Assembly (NCBI GenBank): GCA_902783315.1
Contig: CACZQK010000073.1
Span: forward strand, 2,498 to 66,497
Origin: an uncultured Erysipelotrichaceae bacterium
GTDB lineage: Bacteria > Bacillota_I > Bacilli_A > RF39 > UBA660
Reading direction: 5' to 3'
Length of the DNA: 64,000 nucleotides
Shown here piece after piece: positions 40,695-50,214 of the stretch. Position 1 is the first letter of the stretch, and every line of letters starts with the position of its first letter. A program made the position numbers and the translations under genes. A model generated the notes under the pieces. It made no database searches. It was given only the letters and a program-made list of their open reading frames with translations, and was not told the origin of the DNA.

Positions 40695-43380
40695 GAGTTT
40701 TTATTGTTTTCTTGATGTGAGAGATAATTTCATCTATATTCTCTGTTGTCTTTCCTCCACCTTGTGCAAATGTTTTAGAACCTCCTCCATTTCCTTCTGA
40801 AGAGATGGCTGCTTCTTTTACAACTAATCCAGCATGAACAAATGAATTACTTTTAGCAATAAAATTAACACTATTATCCTCTTTAATATTAATAAAGAAA
40901 ATAAATCCATTTTTCATTTCATTTAGAATTGTATCAGCGATACTTTTTAGCAGATTATTATCTTTATCATGGACTTCCATAATAAGCGTTTCTACATTAT
41001 TAATGGTTTCCATATTTTCTCTGTAAATATCTAAGTTTTGCAAAACAGCTTTTTCTTTTAATTCATAGTATTTTTTTTCTAATACCTTTACTTCATGATG
41101 AACATATTGAAGTTCATTTCTATTTAAAATAATGTCTTTGTAAGATGTTGGTTTATCATTGTTAATATCAACATCAAATTCTAAAATTATGCCACTGTTT
41201 TTAGCCTTATCTAGAATTTCTCTTGCCTTTAGGAGTAGTTTAACTTTTTCGTCAGTATATGTTTTTATTGTTTCATACATAGTGGACTCAATTCTATCTT
41301 TTGTTACTGCTTCAATTCTGTAAACATTACTTCCTTTTGATTCACAATTATAAATTGCTAAGGAACCTATTTCTTTGGTGTTTGTTGCATGAGTACCACC
41401 ACATAATTCAATAGATTTTCCTATTTTTACAACTCGTACCTTTTCTCCATATTTTTCATTAAATAAGGCCATTGCACCTAATTTTTTTGCTTTATCTAAT
41501 GGTAATACTTCAGTCGATACAATTAAATTTTCCTTTATCATATCATTGGCAAATTTTTCTACTTCTAAAATATTTTCTTCTGTCATTTTTCCTGAATATG
41601 TAAAGTCAAAGCGTAATCTTTCATTGTCAACATAGCTTCCTGCTTGACGAATGTTTTTTGATACTACTTGTTGTAAGGCATATTGAATAATATGAACACT
41701 TGAGTGATTTGCTTCTATTTGTTTTCTTCTTTCTTTATCAATAACTAATTCGCAAGTATCTCCTACTTTTATTTTTCCATCTAATAAGCGAACTTTATGA
41801 ATATGTTGACCATTTGGTGCTTTGAAGACATCCACTACTCTAGCTTTAAAATTATCTCCTATAATCATGCCTGTGTCACTAACTTGTCCACCACTTTCAG
41901 CATAGAAACAAGTACGCTTAATAGCAATATAAGTATCATGATCAATGGATTCTACTTGTTTATCTTGTGAGAAAATAGCTAAAACACTACTGCGTAAGCG
42001 ATAAATTCCATAGACAAATTCACTATCATCTTTGAAATCTAATAATACTTTTTTTTGGCTTGCCATTGAGGCATTATTTTTTGCATTTTTCTTTGCTAAT
42101 TCTTTTTGAACATTCATGTAATAATCAAATTCTTCTTTTGATACCTTGTATCCTAAGTCCATTAAGTATTCTTCTGTTAGTTCAAATGGGAATCCATATG
42201 TATCATATAGTTTAAATGCCTCTTCTCCACTAATATATCCATCATTAGATTGCGAAACTAACTCTTTTAATCTTCTTTCGCCTGCTTCTAATGTTTTTAA
42301 GAATAATTTTTCTTCTTCCATTACTTTTACTTCTACTTCAGCTCTTTTTTCTGAAAGGTATGGATAAGCATCTTTCATGACATCAACAACATCAGAAACA
42401 ATTTTGTACATGAATGGGCATTCTAGGCCGATTGCTTTTCCGAAGCGGACACTACGTCTTAAAAGTCTTCTTAAAACATAGCCTCTGCCAACATTTTCAA
42501 AACATGCACCATCAGATAAAGCAAATGTTATTGCTCGAATGTGGTCAGCTATTATTTTAAATTCTTTTTGACCTTCATAGTTGTATGGTGAAAGCTCTTC
42601 AATGTGCTTTATGATAGGTTTAAATAAATCTGTCTCAAAGTTACTATCTACATTTTGAAAGATGCAACACCATCTTTCAAGACCAGCTCCGGTATCGATA
42701 TTCTTGCTTGGCAATTCTTTATAGTCTTTACGATTGACACCTTCTTTTGAATTAAATTGTGAGAAAACATTATTCCAAATTTCAACATATCTTTCTTGTT
42801 CTTCATCTTTTTTTAATTTTTCTAATGCATCCCCATTTGGATCATATTTTTCTCCACGGTCAAAGAAAATTTCAGAATCTGGACCACAAGGTCCTTCCCC
42901 TATTTCCCAAAAGTTTCCTGGTAGTGGGACAATATGATCTTCGGCCAAACCAACTTCAAGCCATCTTTCTCTGGCTCTTTTGTCATCAGAATAGACCGTT
43001 ACATATAATAGGTCTTTAGGAACGTCAAAATAGTCTTTCGATGTTAGTAATTCAAAAGCAAATTCAATTGCTTCATCTTTAAAATAATCTCCTATACTAA
43101 AGTTTCCCATCATTTCGAAGAATGTTTGATGTCTTTTGGTAATTCCTACATTATCAATATCATTAGTACGAATGCATTTTTGAATATTAACAATTCTCCT
43201 ACTATCCGGTATTTCTCTTCCGTCAAAGTATTTTTTTAAAGGTGCTACCCCAGCATTAATCCATAATAAACTGTTATCGTTTATTGGTACCAATGGAGCA
43301 CTTTCATAAATTTTGTGATTATGCTTGGTAAAAAAGCGAAACCACATATTTCTAATTTCGTTATGATTCATATATTTCAT
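40687..43380 (-). CDS. alaS: Alanine--tRNA ligase
   Basis: Class II aaRS motifs; editing-domain HxxxH/CxxxH (HSSVHIIQYAL…CGGTHATNTKEIG); DHHA1-like C-terminus; 897 aa. Confidence 0.95.
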   Translation of the reverse strand: MKYMNHNEIRNMWFRFFTKHNHKIYESAPLVPINDNSLLWINAGVAPLKKYFDGREIPDSRRIVNIQKCIRTNDIDNVGITKRHQTFFEMMGNFSIGDYFKDEAIEFAFELLTSKDYFDVPKDLLYVTVYSDDKRARERWLEVGLAEDHIVPLPGNFWEIGEGPCGPDSEIFFDRGEKYDPNGDALEKLKKDEEQERYVEIWNNVFSQFNSKEGVNRKDYKELPSKNIDTGAGLERWCCIFQNVDSNFETDLFKPIIKHIEELSPYNYEGQKEFKIIADHIRAITFALSDGACFENVGRGYVLRRLLRRSVRFGKAIGLECPFMYKIVSDVVDVMKDAYPYLSEKRAEVEVKVMEEEKLFLKTLEAGERRLKELVSQSNDGYISGEEAFKLYDTYGFPFELTEEYLMDLGYKVSKEEFDYYMNVQKELAKKNAKNNASMASQKKVLLDFKDDSEFVYGIYRLRSSVLAIFSQDKQVESIDHDTYIAIKRTCFYAESGGQVSDTGMIIGDNFKARVVDVFKAPNGQHIHKVRLLDGKIKVGDTCELVIDKERRKQIEANHSSVHIIQYALQQVVSKNIRQAGSYVDNERLRFDFTYSGKMTEENILEVEKFANDMIKENLIVSTEVLPLDKAKKLGAMALFNEKYGEKVRVVKIGKSIELCGGTHATNTKEIGSLAIYNCESKGSNVYRIEAVTKDRIESTMYETIKTYTDEKVKLLLKAREILDKAKNSGIILEFDVDINNDKPTSYKDIILNRNELQYVHHEVKVLEKKYYELKEKAVLQNLDIYRENMETINNVETLIMEVHDKDNNLLKSIADTILNEMKNGFIFFINIKEDNSVNFIAKSNSFVHAGLVVKEAAISSEGNGGGSKTFAQGGGKTTENIDEIISHIKKTIKTHE

Positions 43381-43383
43381 AAT

Positions 43384-43935
43384 TTACACCTCTTCTAAAA
43401 TATGTTTTAATTGATTGATTGTATTTTCGATAGTTCCATTATTCAAAATGTAGTAATCTGCATAGGCTATTGGGCCACCTTTATATAAGTTCTCAATTTC
43501 AGATAAATCTCGATAGCAAATGGCTTCTAAGTTGAACGGTCTCTCATGACGTTTTTCCACTCTTGTGTAGCGGATCTTTTTATCGGTAACAATACATATT
43601 AATTTTAACGTTGGGAATTTTTTAATTAAATATTTGTATTCGTACCAGGAATATAAACCATCAACTATTACGTTGTTTTCCTTTATTTCTTTTGCGATAT
43701 CTTTTTCTATAAATTTGGCATAACATTCAGGACCATGTTCTTTCCGAAGGTTTTCACGAAAGTTTTTTTCACTAACTCCATCTTCTGTTCTTTCTATTCC
43801 AGCCTCTTGCATTAGTTTATAGGTAATTCCTCCCATATATAATTTTTTCCAATTGTTTTTTTCTAAATATTCGGTGATAATGCTTTTACCAGCTCCACTC
43901 ATGCCAACAACTGCAATTAGTTTATTCATAATCAA
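43384..43935 (-). CDS. P-loop NTPase, dNMP-kinase-like (paralog A)
   Basis: Walker A VGMSGAGKS; C-terminus …YADYYILNNGTIENTINQLKHIL resembles the phage-T4-type dNMP kinase tail. Confidence 0.55.
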   Translation of the reverse strand: MIMNKLIAVVGMSGAGKSIITEYLEKNNWKKLYMGGITYKLMQEAGIERTEDGVSEKNFRENLRKEHGPECYAKFIEKDIAKEIKENNVIVDGLYSWYEYKYLIKKFPTLKLICIVTDKKIRYTRVEKRHERPFNLEAICYRDLSEIENLYKGGPIAYADYYILNNGTIENTINQLKHILEEV

Positions 43936-44477
43936 TCCTCATAATTTTCTTCACTTCTTACTATCTCTAATGCGGCATTTTTTAGATCTGCAAGAGATCT
44001 ATTTTCAATAACATAGTCAAATTGGTTATAGTCTAATATTTCTTTTTCGGTTATATGATTAGCCTCTTCTTCTGATAATTTGGCATCATAATTTTTTCTT
44101 TCTAATTTAATGGTAACGACATCATCATATTTATTTTTTATTCCTTCAAATTCACGGATTAGTCTAGCATCAACAATAATAAATGTATCAAAGAAATTCA
44201 AAAGGATCTCAATATCTTCATATAATCGTCTTAAAAGAAAATCTTTTTTACCCATTTTTTCAGAAATAATTTCAATTCCCATTTTTTGTAAAAATTCGCG
44301 GGGCTTATCTTCTTCTCGCCCGTCCCAGTCAAAATAGTTTTTGGCAAAAGTATAAAGTGGTTCCGTAATATGCATTACACAAGGCTTATAACCATAGTCT
44401 TTTAATTCCTCTCTTAAATATTCACCAAAAGTGTTTTTCCCTGTTTTTGCCAAACCACCTATTACAAATATTTTCAT
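43932..44477 (-). CDS. P-loop NTPase, deoxynucleoside-monophosphate-kinase-like (paralog B)
   Basis: Walker A IGGLAKTGKNT; overall resemblance to T4 gp1 dNMP kinase (N-terminus MKIFVIGG…GK.T, C-terminus FDYVIENRSLADLKNAALEI); RBS AAGGAGGA; 4-nt overlap with paralog A. Confidence 0.55.
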   Translation of the reverse strand: MKIFVIGGLAKTGKNTFGEYLREELKDYGYKPCVMHITEPLYTFAKNYFDWDGREEDKPREFLQKMGIEIISEKMGKKDFLLRRLYEDIEILLNFFDTFIIVDARLIREFEGIKNKYDDVVTIKLERKNYDAKLSEEEANHITEKEILDYNQFDYVIENRSLADLKNAALEIVRSEENYED

Positions 44478-44491
44478 AAATCCTCCTTAAT

Positions 44492-44722
44492 AAAAAAAGA
44501 ATGATACCTAAGGAGTGCATCATGCACGGTACCATCCTTTTATAACTTTATTTTGAATAACGGTCTCCCGATTAAACTCCTTGAGTAGCTTCTTGAAAGT
44601 ATTATCGCTTTTTGCACCAACCAAAGCGTCTCTAAAATAATTTCTTTCAATACTCATCTCAAATCATCGTTTATTGATTTATTACGTCTTTTATTTTAAC
44701 AAATATTAAGTAATTATTCAAT
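44492..44722 (-). ncRNA. T-box riboswitch leader with alanine specifier (GCU), including promoter TTGAAT-N17-TAAAAT (plus 44722..44694) and terminator (plus ~44492..44548)
   Basis: Minus strand: specifier-loop context AAGAA-GCU-A (…CAAGAAGCTACTCAAGG…). T-box sequence AAAAGGATGGTACCGTG (consensus AATTAGGGTGGTACCGCG). An 11-bp terminator stem AGGATGGTACC/GGTATCATTCT followed by U7 lies just before the RBS of paralog B. Confidence 0.7.
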
Positions 44723-44755
44723 CCTAAATTTTAAAATTTTATTACTTATCTCTGA

Positions 44756-45979
44756 CTATTCTGCTTTTATGTTGTCCTTTTTCTCTTTTAAAAAATCTAT
44801 AACCCCTGTTTCCTCTGAAATAAACACTAGGATTACTTTAATACAAGCAATACAAGGAGTTGCAATGACCATACCAAATATCCCTAAGAAATGTTGGAAA
44901 ATTAATAGTCCTAAAATGATTGTAACTGGGTGTAATTTTAAAGTATGTCCCATTATTAGTGGCTGATAGAAATTGTTTTCTAATAGTTGAACTACAAGTA
45001 TTGATATAATTACACAAATCCCTGTTATAGGGGAAATAGTAAAGCCAACAATGACAGCTGGAATTCCTCCTATATATGGACCAAAATATGGAATTATATC
45101 AGTTACGGCACAAAACATGGCAAATAATATTGGTGCTTCCATACCAGCTAGGGTAAGACCAATACTTTGAGTTACAAAGACTAATAACATTACTGTTAAA
45201 ACTCCTTGAACATAATTTCTTAGTGATGTATTAATTCTATGTATTAATTCTTCATATCCTTCACGCCATGAAATTGGTATAAGATCATAGATTGTATTAT
45301 TGACTTTTTCAAAATCAAATAATAAATAGAACCCAATCATTAAACCTAATGTAAAATTAAGACCCTTATTAATAATACTTTTTCCAAATGTAAATAAATA
45401 CTTTGGCATATCAGAACCGATATGTATGCCATAATCTGTGATGATTGATGTTAATTCTTTCTTTATATTGTTGATATCAATCATATGATTGGTATCGACT
45501 TTCTGAATTAAGTTTAGTAAAAAATTACTAATACTTTCAAATATATCTGGTGCTACATTTAAAAAATCTTTTAATTGGGAAACTAAAGCTGGTATTAATA
45601 GGTATGAGACTAAAAATATACCTCCTATTATAACTAAATAAACGAGAATACAACTAATAAGTCTTGGTATTTTTCTATTTTGCATTTTTAATACTAGAGG
45701 TTCAAAAAACCAGGCTATTAGAAAACCAATAAAGACGGGGGAAATAACCATAAATAAATCTTTTACATATTTTAGTATATTCCATTCTTTTATTAAGTAT
45801 GTTCCTAATAAAATTAAACATATAATAGCCATAAAATAGCCAATATTCATTAGTTTTTTTCCTATTTTTAGAATGTGATTTAAGCTTCCTATATCTATGT
45901 TTACTTCTTTTTCTTTTTGTTTACGAAACATCTTTCTCATCTCCAATTTAATTGTATCAAAAATTTTTTTATTTTTCAA
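44756..45979 (-). CDS. AI-2E family (UPF0118, PerM/YhhT-like) transporter
   Basis: 8 TM helices with the family-typical …PYFGPYIGGIPAVIVGF… segment. Confidence 0.7.
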   Translation of the reverse strand: MKNKKIFDTIKLEMRKMFRKQKEKEVNIDIGSLNHILKIGKKLMNIGYFMAIICLILLGTYLIKEWNILKYVKDLFMVISPVFIGFLIAWFFEPLVLKMQNRKIPRLISCILVYLVIIGGIFLVSYLLIPALVSQLKDFLNVAPDIFESISNFLLNLIQKVDTNHMIDINNIKKELTSIITDYGIHIGSDMPKYLFTFGKSIINKGLNFTLGLMIGFYLLFDFEKVNNTIYDLIPISWREGYEELIHRINTSLRNYVQGVLTVMLLVFVTQSIGLTLAGMEAPILFAMFCAVTDIIPYFGPYIGGIPAVIVGFTISPITGICVIISILVVQLLENNFYQPLIMGHTLKLHPVTIILGLLIFQHFLGIFGMVIATPCIACIKVILVFISEETGVIDFLKEKKDNIKAE

Positions 45980-46041
45980 AAAAATAATTTGATTTATTTT
46001 TTTTAATTTGAAGATACGTTATAATAGTTTTAGGTGGGAAA

Positions 46042-46623
46042 ATGAAAACAGTAAAAAATGATGTTTCTGATGAAATGGTAATAAAAAATTCAAGATTTAT
46101 TACTGTCATTAAAAATATAAATAGTGCTAACAAAGAAGATATAGAGATTATATTAGAAAATGTAAAAAGACAGTATCCTAAAGCTACACATTATTGTTAT
46201 GCTTACATTTGTAATGACGAAAAAAAATGTAGTGATGATAACGAACCTAGTGGGACTGCTGGATTTCCTATGCTAAATGTTTTAGAAAAGGAATGTCTTA
46301 GTAATGTAATTGTTATTGTTGTTCGATATTTTGGTGGTATTAAGCTTGGCGCTGGAGGCTTGGTTAGAGCTTATACAAAAGCGGTAACAGAAACTTTAAA
46401 AAAAGCTTTTTTTATCGAACTTGTTTTAGGTTATAAAATAAAACTTCAATTTTCATATAATAATCAAAAACAAGTGGATTATCTACTAGGTGGAAAAATC
46501 TTGGAAAAAGATTACTCCCAAGATATTACCTATATTGTTTTAATAAAAAAAGAAGATTTAGAAAAATTTTATGATTATTCTTATGAAATATTAGAAGAAT
46601 TATACATAGAAGATTATTCATGA
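46042..46623 (+). CDS. yigZ: IMPACT/YigZ family protein (UPF0029)
   Basis: KNSRFITVI…ATHYCYAY…DDNEPSGTAGFPML…VVRYFGGIKLGAGGLVRAY. Confidence 0.8.
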   Translation: MKTVKNDVSDEMVIKNSRFITVIKNINSANKEDIEIILENVKRQYPKATHYCYAYICNDEKKCSDDNEPSGTAGFPMLNVLEKECLSNVIVIVVRYFGGIKLGAGGLVRAYTKAVTETLKKAFFIELVLGYKIKLQFSYNNQKQVDYLLGGKILEKDYSQDITYIVLIKKEDLEKFYDYSYEILEELYIEDYS

Positions 46624-47313
46624 CTAAGTGTTAATGAGGTTTTTTAATTTTTTGATGACCTTCTTTTCAATTCTTGAAATATAAGATTGCGAAATTCCTA
46701 ATTTTTTAGCTACTTCTTTTTGTGTATATTCTTCATTTCCTAATAAACCATATCGCAAAATCATAATTTCCCTATCTCTATTTTTTAGACCTAATATTTC
46801 TTGAATCATTAAATTGCGATTATCTTTTTCTTCAATATTTTTTGGAACTTCATCTTTATCTGTTCCAATTACATCTTCTAAATGTAATTCATTACCATCA
46901 CAATCATATGAAAGTGCTTGATCAATACTTACTTCACATTTTACTTTTTTATTTTTTCTTAAATACATTAATATTTCGTTATCAATACAACGGGAAGCAT
47001 AAGTTGCTAATTTTATATTTTTGTTGCTGCTAAACGTATTTATTCCTTTGATGAGTCCGATACTTCCAATACTTACTAAATCCTCTAAATCTACTCCTGT
47101 GTTTTCATATTTTTTGGCTAAAAATACTACTAGACGTAGGTTGTGTTCTATTAATTTGTCTTTGGCAAACAAATTCCCGGTTTCTTTCAAATGAATGTAT
47201 TTTTCTTCTTCTTCCTTAGTTAACGGTTCTGGCAATATGTCTGTTGCTCCTACGTAAAAGCAACTACCTACTTTTAAAAATATTTTTTTTATGAATTGTA
47301 TTAGTTTTAACAT
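46624..47313 (-). CDS. sigE: RNA polymerase sporulation sigma factor SigE (pro-sigma-E)
   Basis: Near-collinear with B. subtilis SigE: …YVGATDILPEPLTKEEEEKY…NLRLVVFLAKKYENTGVDLEDLVSIGSIGLIKGINTF…KLATYASRCIDNEILMYLR…SQSYISRIEKKVIKKL. Confidence 0.9.
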   Translation of the reverse strand: MLKLIQFIKKIFLKVGSCFYVGATDILPEPLTKEEEEKYIHLKETGNLFAKDKLIEHNLRLVVFLAKKYENTGVDLEDLVSIGSIGLIKGINTFSSNKNIKLATYASRCIDNEILMYLRKNKKVKCEVSIDQALSYDCDGNELHLEDVIGTDKDEVPKNIEEKDNRNLMIQEILGLKNRDREIMILRYGLLGNEEYTQKEVAKKLGISQSYISRIEKKVIKKLKNLINT

Positions 47314-48038
47314 AATTCCTCCTTTAATTTATTGGGTAAAATACAATTGGCATCTGAAAAGGCAAATTTTTCAGTGGCTATGCCAATTAAACAGTGTGAT
47401 ATTTTTTTGTTGTTTATTATTATTTTGTCTGGTCTAATACATGGGATAATTCCCGAAGTATTTAAGGCTTTATATGGTACATAAATAACTTTCTTTAGTG
47501 GTATTTTTAAATTTACTAGAATGACACTTTCTTTCTTGATTGGAGATACTAGTCTATTTCCTGTATCAATAAAGCCTTCTAATAAATATTCTTTTTTTTG
47601 ATATACTATTTTTACCAAATATTTGTTTACTATTTTTTCTTTATAACTTAAAAACTCTTTGCAAAAAATAAAAATAATAAAAGCACTACCAATAATCAAA
47701 AGTAAGTAGTAGCAATAAATGTTTTTGGAAAAATCTAATAAATAGAAACTACCTCCTAATATGATGCTTATCAAATAAAAATAACCGGTATTTTTTATTA
47801 TATTCTTTTTTCCAAAACTTGCATAATTTATAAAAAAGCTAAGCACTATTTTTAGAATAATTAGTGTAAAATTAGATATTTTGATAAATAAAAATAAAGT
47901 TGTACTAGTTCCTATAAGGGATCCAAATATTAATCTAAAATTCTTTTTATTTATTTTTAGTATTCTTTTAGTTCCGTAAAGAATCATAAAATCAAGTAAA
48001 AAGTTTAAAAGAAAAATAAACTCATAATATATTTTCAT
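47307..48038 (-). CDS. spoIIGA: Sigma-E processing peptidase SpoIIGA
   Basis: Five N-terminal TM helices and a C-terminal aspartic protease motif GFIDTGNRL; located immediately upstream of sigE. Confidence 0.85.
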   Translation of the reverse strand: MKIYYEFIFLLNFLLDFMILYGTKRILKINKKNFRLIFGSLIGTSTTLFLFIKISNFTLIILKIVLSFFINYASFGKKNIIKNTGYFYLISIILGGSFYLLDFSKNIYCYYLLLIIGSAFIIFIFCKEFLSYKEKIVNKYLVKIVYQKKEYLLEGFIDTGNRLVSPIKKESVILVNLKIPLKKVIYVPYKALNTSGIIPCIRPDKIIINNKKISHCLIGIATEKFAFSDANCILPNKLKEELC

Positions 48039-48093
48039 CTTATCACCAAAAATAGTATAAAAAGAAAAAAGCGATTTTATTGTCGCTTTATCG

Positions 48094-48423
48094 TTAAATT
48101 TTCTTTTTTTTCATGAAAATTTTTATACAATATGATAAGAATATAGCCATGATGCCTACAAATGTCCATTTTAAAATAGTATTTAATAATGGTATTTTGA
48201 TGGTATACTTATTAATAATATCAAACATATTCTCGGGGAAATATTTACCTATGATGAATGCTACATCTTTTAGACCTATATTATACTTTATAAAAGTAAG
48301 AATTCTTAAAAATATTTCTATGATTGCCATAAGAAAGACAAAGGAGGAAAAGTGTTTGAAAAACATCAATACAACTACAATTAATATAATTAATACAATT
48401 AAATCTATATACATACCACACAC
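48094..48423 (-). CDS. Small membrane protein, hypothetical
   Basis: 109 aa, three hydrophobic segments. Confidence 0.4.
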   Translation of the reverse strand: MCGMYIDLIVLIILIVVVLMFFKHFSSFVFLMAIIEIFLRILTFIKYNIGLKDVAFIIGKYFPENMFDIINKYTIKIPLLNTILKWTFVGIMAIFLSYCIKIFMKKKKI

Positions 48424-48481
48424 TCCTACTCTATTAATACTTTATCATAAATTCAAACAAAAAACAATTAAAGAAATATCT

Positions 48482-49129
48482 TTAATTGCTTCCTCGAGTT
48501 TTATAAAACGTTTTTGCAAGTACATCACCAGTTTTTACTTTCTCAAGAGCTTTGCCATAGGCCGCTTTGGCAAAGTTTACAGCTTGAGCATTTAACAAAA
48601 TTAGAAACTCCTTTAGATATTTAAGATTATTTAAAACTTGTTCCATTTCTTCAGGGCTAACGCTATAGAATTTTGTTGCAGATTCAAAACAACGTATTGC
48701 TATAGGATAATGGGAAAAATGCGATACAGCCATCACCGCTTCTAGTGACATACTGTCTAATGGTCGTTCTTTTGTTAATATAGAATTTTCAACATCTTCT
48801 CTATATCCCCATCCACCCCAATTTCCAAGAGATAAATATACTCCTGATTGTGGTTCTTGGACAATAATACCCCCAACTTTTTTTAATGGCAAAATCATTT
48901 TAGACACATCAAAATCGACATCTTCTACCTCATTCATCGCCCTATAACCTGGTACTAACTTTCTAAAATGTTCAAAACTAATCTGGTCTTCAGATATAAA
49001 TGGTCTTATAATACGAAAGTCCATTTTACTAGGTTCTAAAAGAAAATTCTCACCATCCCCAATATTGCCATAATCCACTTCTTCAGCAGTAGATGGTATA
49101 ATTATATTATTCATAAAATAAATCTCCAT
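48482..49129 (-). CDS. Hypothetical protein (no motif recognised)
   Basis: 215-aa ORF downstream of spoIVB. Confidence 0.45.
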   Translation of the reverse strand: MEIYFMNNIIIPSTAEEVDYGNIGDGENFLLEPSKMDFRIIRPFISEDQISFEHFRKLVPGYRAMNEVEDVDFDVSKMILPLKKVGGIIVQEPQSGVYLSLGNWGGWGYREDVENSILTKERPLDSMSLEAVMAVSHFSHYPIAIRCFESATKFYSVSPEEMEQVLNNLKYLKEFLILLNAQAVNFAKAAYGKALEKVKTGDVLAKTFYKTRGSN

Positions 49130-49181
49130 TTCTAGTGCGTATTATAACATATTATATCGATAAATTCAAGAAAGAACTATA

Positions 49182-50162
49182 TTAATTGTCTTTTATTAAA
49201 ATTTTATCTCCTTCTTCTAACATAGTAGTAATAAATATTCCATATCCTTTTTTCACATCTTCTACAATAACATAATTTACAACCCCTATTAGTTTATTAT
49301 CTTGAATTATTGGTGATCCACTCATTCCTTGAATTATGCCACCAGCTTTTTCGAGCAAGCGTTTATCTGTAATTTCGAATAATATATTTTTACTTGTAGA
49401 ATCTTCATCTAATGAAAGAATTTGAATGGAGTAGTCTTCAATTTTATCTTTTTTTATCGACGTTCTTATAAAGGCCTCTCCTTTTTTTATGGCTTCTTTC
49501 GGAGCAACTTCTAAGGTTGCGGCTTCTGGTATTTTTTGATAAACTCCAAAAATACCTTCAGATTCATTTAGCTCAATTGTTCCAAGAATAATATTTTGAC
49601 TTATAGTAGCGTTTTTTTCTCCAGTAATACCATTTTGACTTTTCTTTATTGTTGAAACTTCCGCCTTATAAATGTTTCCGTTTTCTATTTCAAACTTTGA
49701 GAAGCTTGAGGTTTCTAGTATTTCGTGTCCTAAAGAGCCGTAGATACCGGTACTAGGATCTATATACGATAAAGTTCCAATACCTTGTATTTGATCTTTT
49801 ACATAAAGCCCAGTTTTTAGAATGTTGTCTTCCTTTTTTAAAGTTAAAGGAATAGAAATTAATTTGTGACTTCTTTCTACTGTAAAATTGTAAGACATTT
49901 CTTCACTCAATGAATTATTTAATGAATTAATATCTTTTATTGGTTGATTATTTACACTTTTTATTATGTCTCCAACTTTAAATCCGGCGTTTTCTCCTAT
50001 GTTTTTACCAGATACAGGATAGAATCCTACTATATAGACACCGTTTGAATGGACCTCAATTCCAATTGTTTCTCCACCTACAATTACTTGGTTTGAATAT
50101 GCAAAAACATTGAATGGAAATAGTAATAAAAGTAAGATTGTAATAATTTGTCTTTTTTTCAT
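49182..50162 (-). CDS. spoIVB: SpoIVB peptidase (S55 serine protease with PDZ domain)
   Basis: Signal/TM N-terminus, PDZ region (GFKVGDIIKSVNNQPI), catalytic region GGIIQGMSGSPIIQDNKLIGVV; collinear with B. subtilis SpoIVB. Confidence 0.85.
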   Translation of the reverse strand: MKKRQIITILLLLLFPFNVFAYSNQVIVGGETIGIEVHSNGVYIVGFYPVSGKNIGENAGFKVGDIIKSVNNQPIKDINSLNNSLSEEMSYNFTVERSHKLISIPLTLKKEDNILKTGLYVKDQIQGIGTLSYIDPSTGIYGSLGHEILETSSFSKFEIENGNIYKAEVSTIKKSQNGITGEKNATISQNIILGTIELNESEGIFGVYQKIPEAATLEVAPKEAIKKGEAFIRTSIKKDKIEDYSIQILSLDEDSTSKNILFEITDKRLLEKAGGIIQGMSGSPIIQDNKLIGVVNYVIVEDVKKGYGIFITTMLEEGDKILIKDN

Positions 50163-50214
50163 AATGCCACCTCAATAATAGGATGCTCATATTTCGACAA
50201 ATTATTCGAAAAGT

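Noticed and set aside
44478-44760. Interpreting the region upstream of the P-loop genes as a plain promoter/terminator or as the 3' UTR of the AI-2E transporter
   Set aside because: The minus-strand sequence contains the AAGAA-GCU-A specifier context, a near-consensus T-box motif and a U7 terminator in the correct order and orientation. The T-box explanation fits better.
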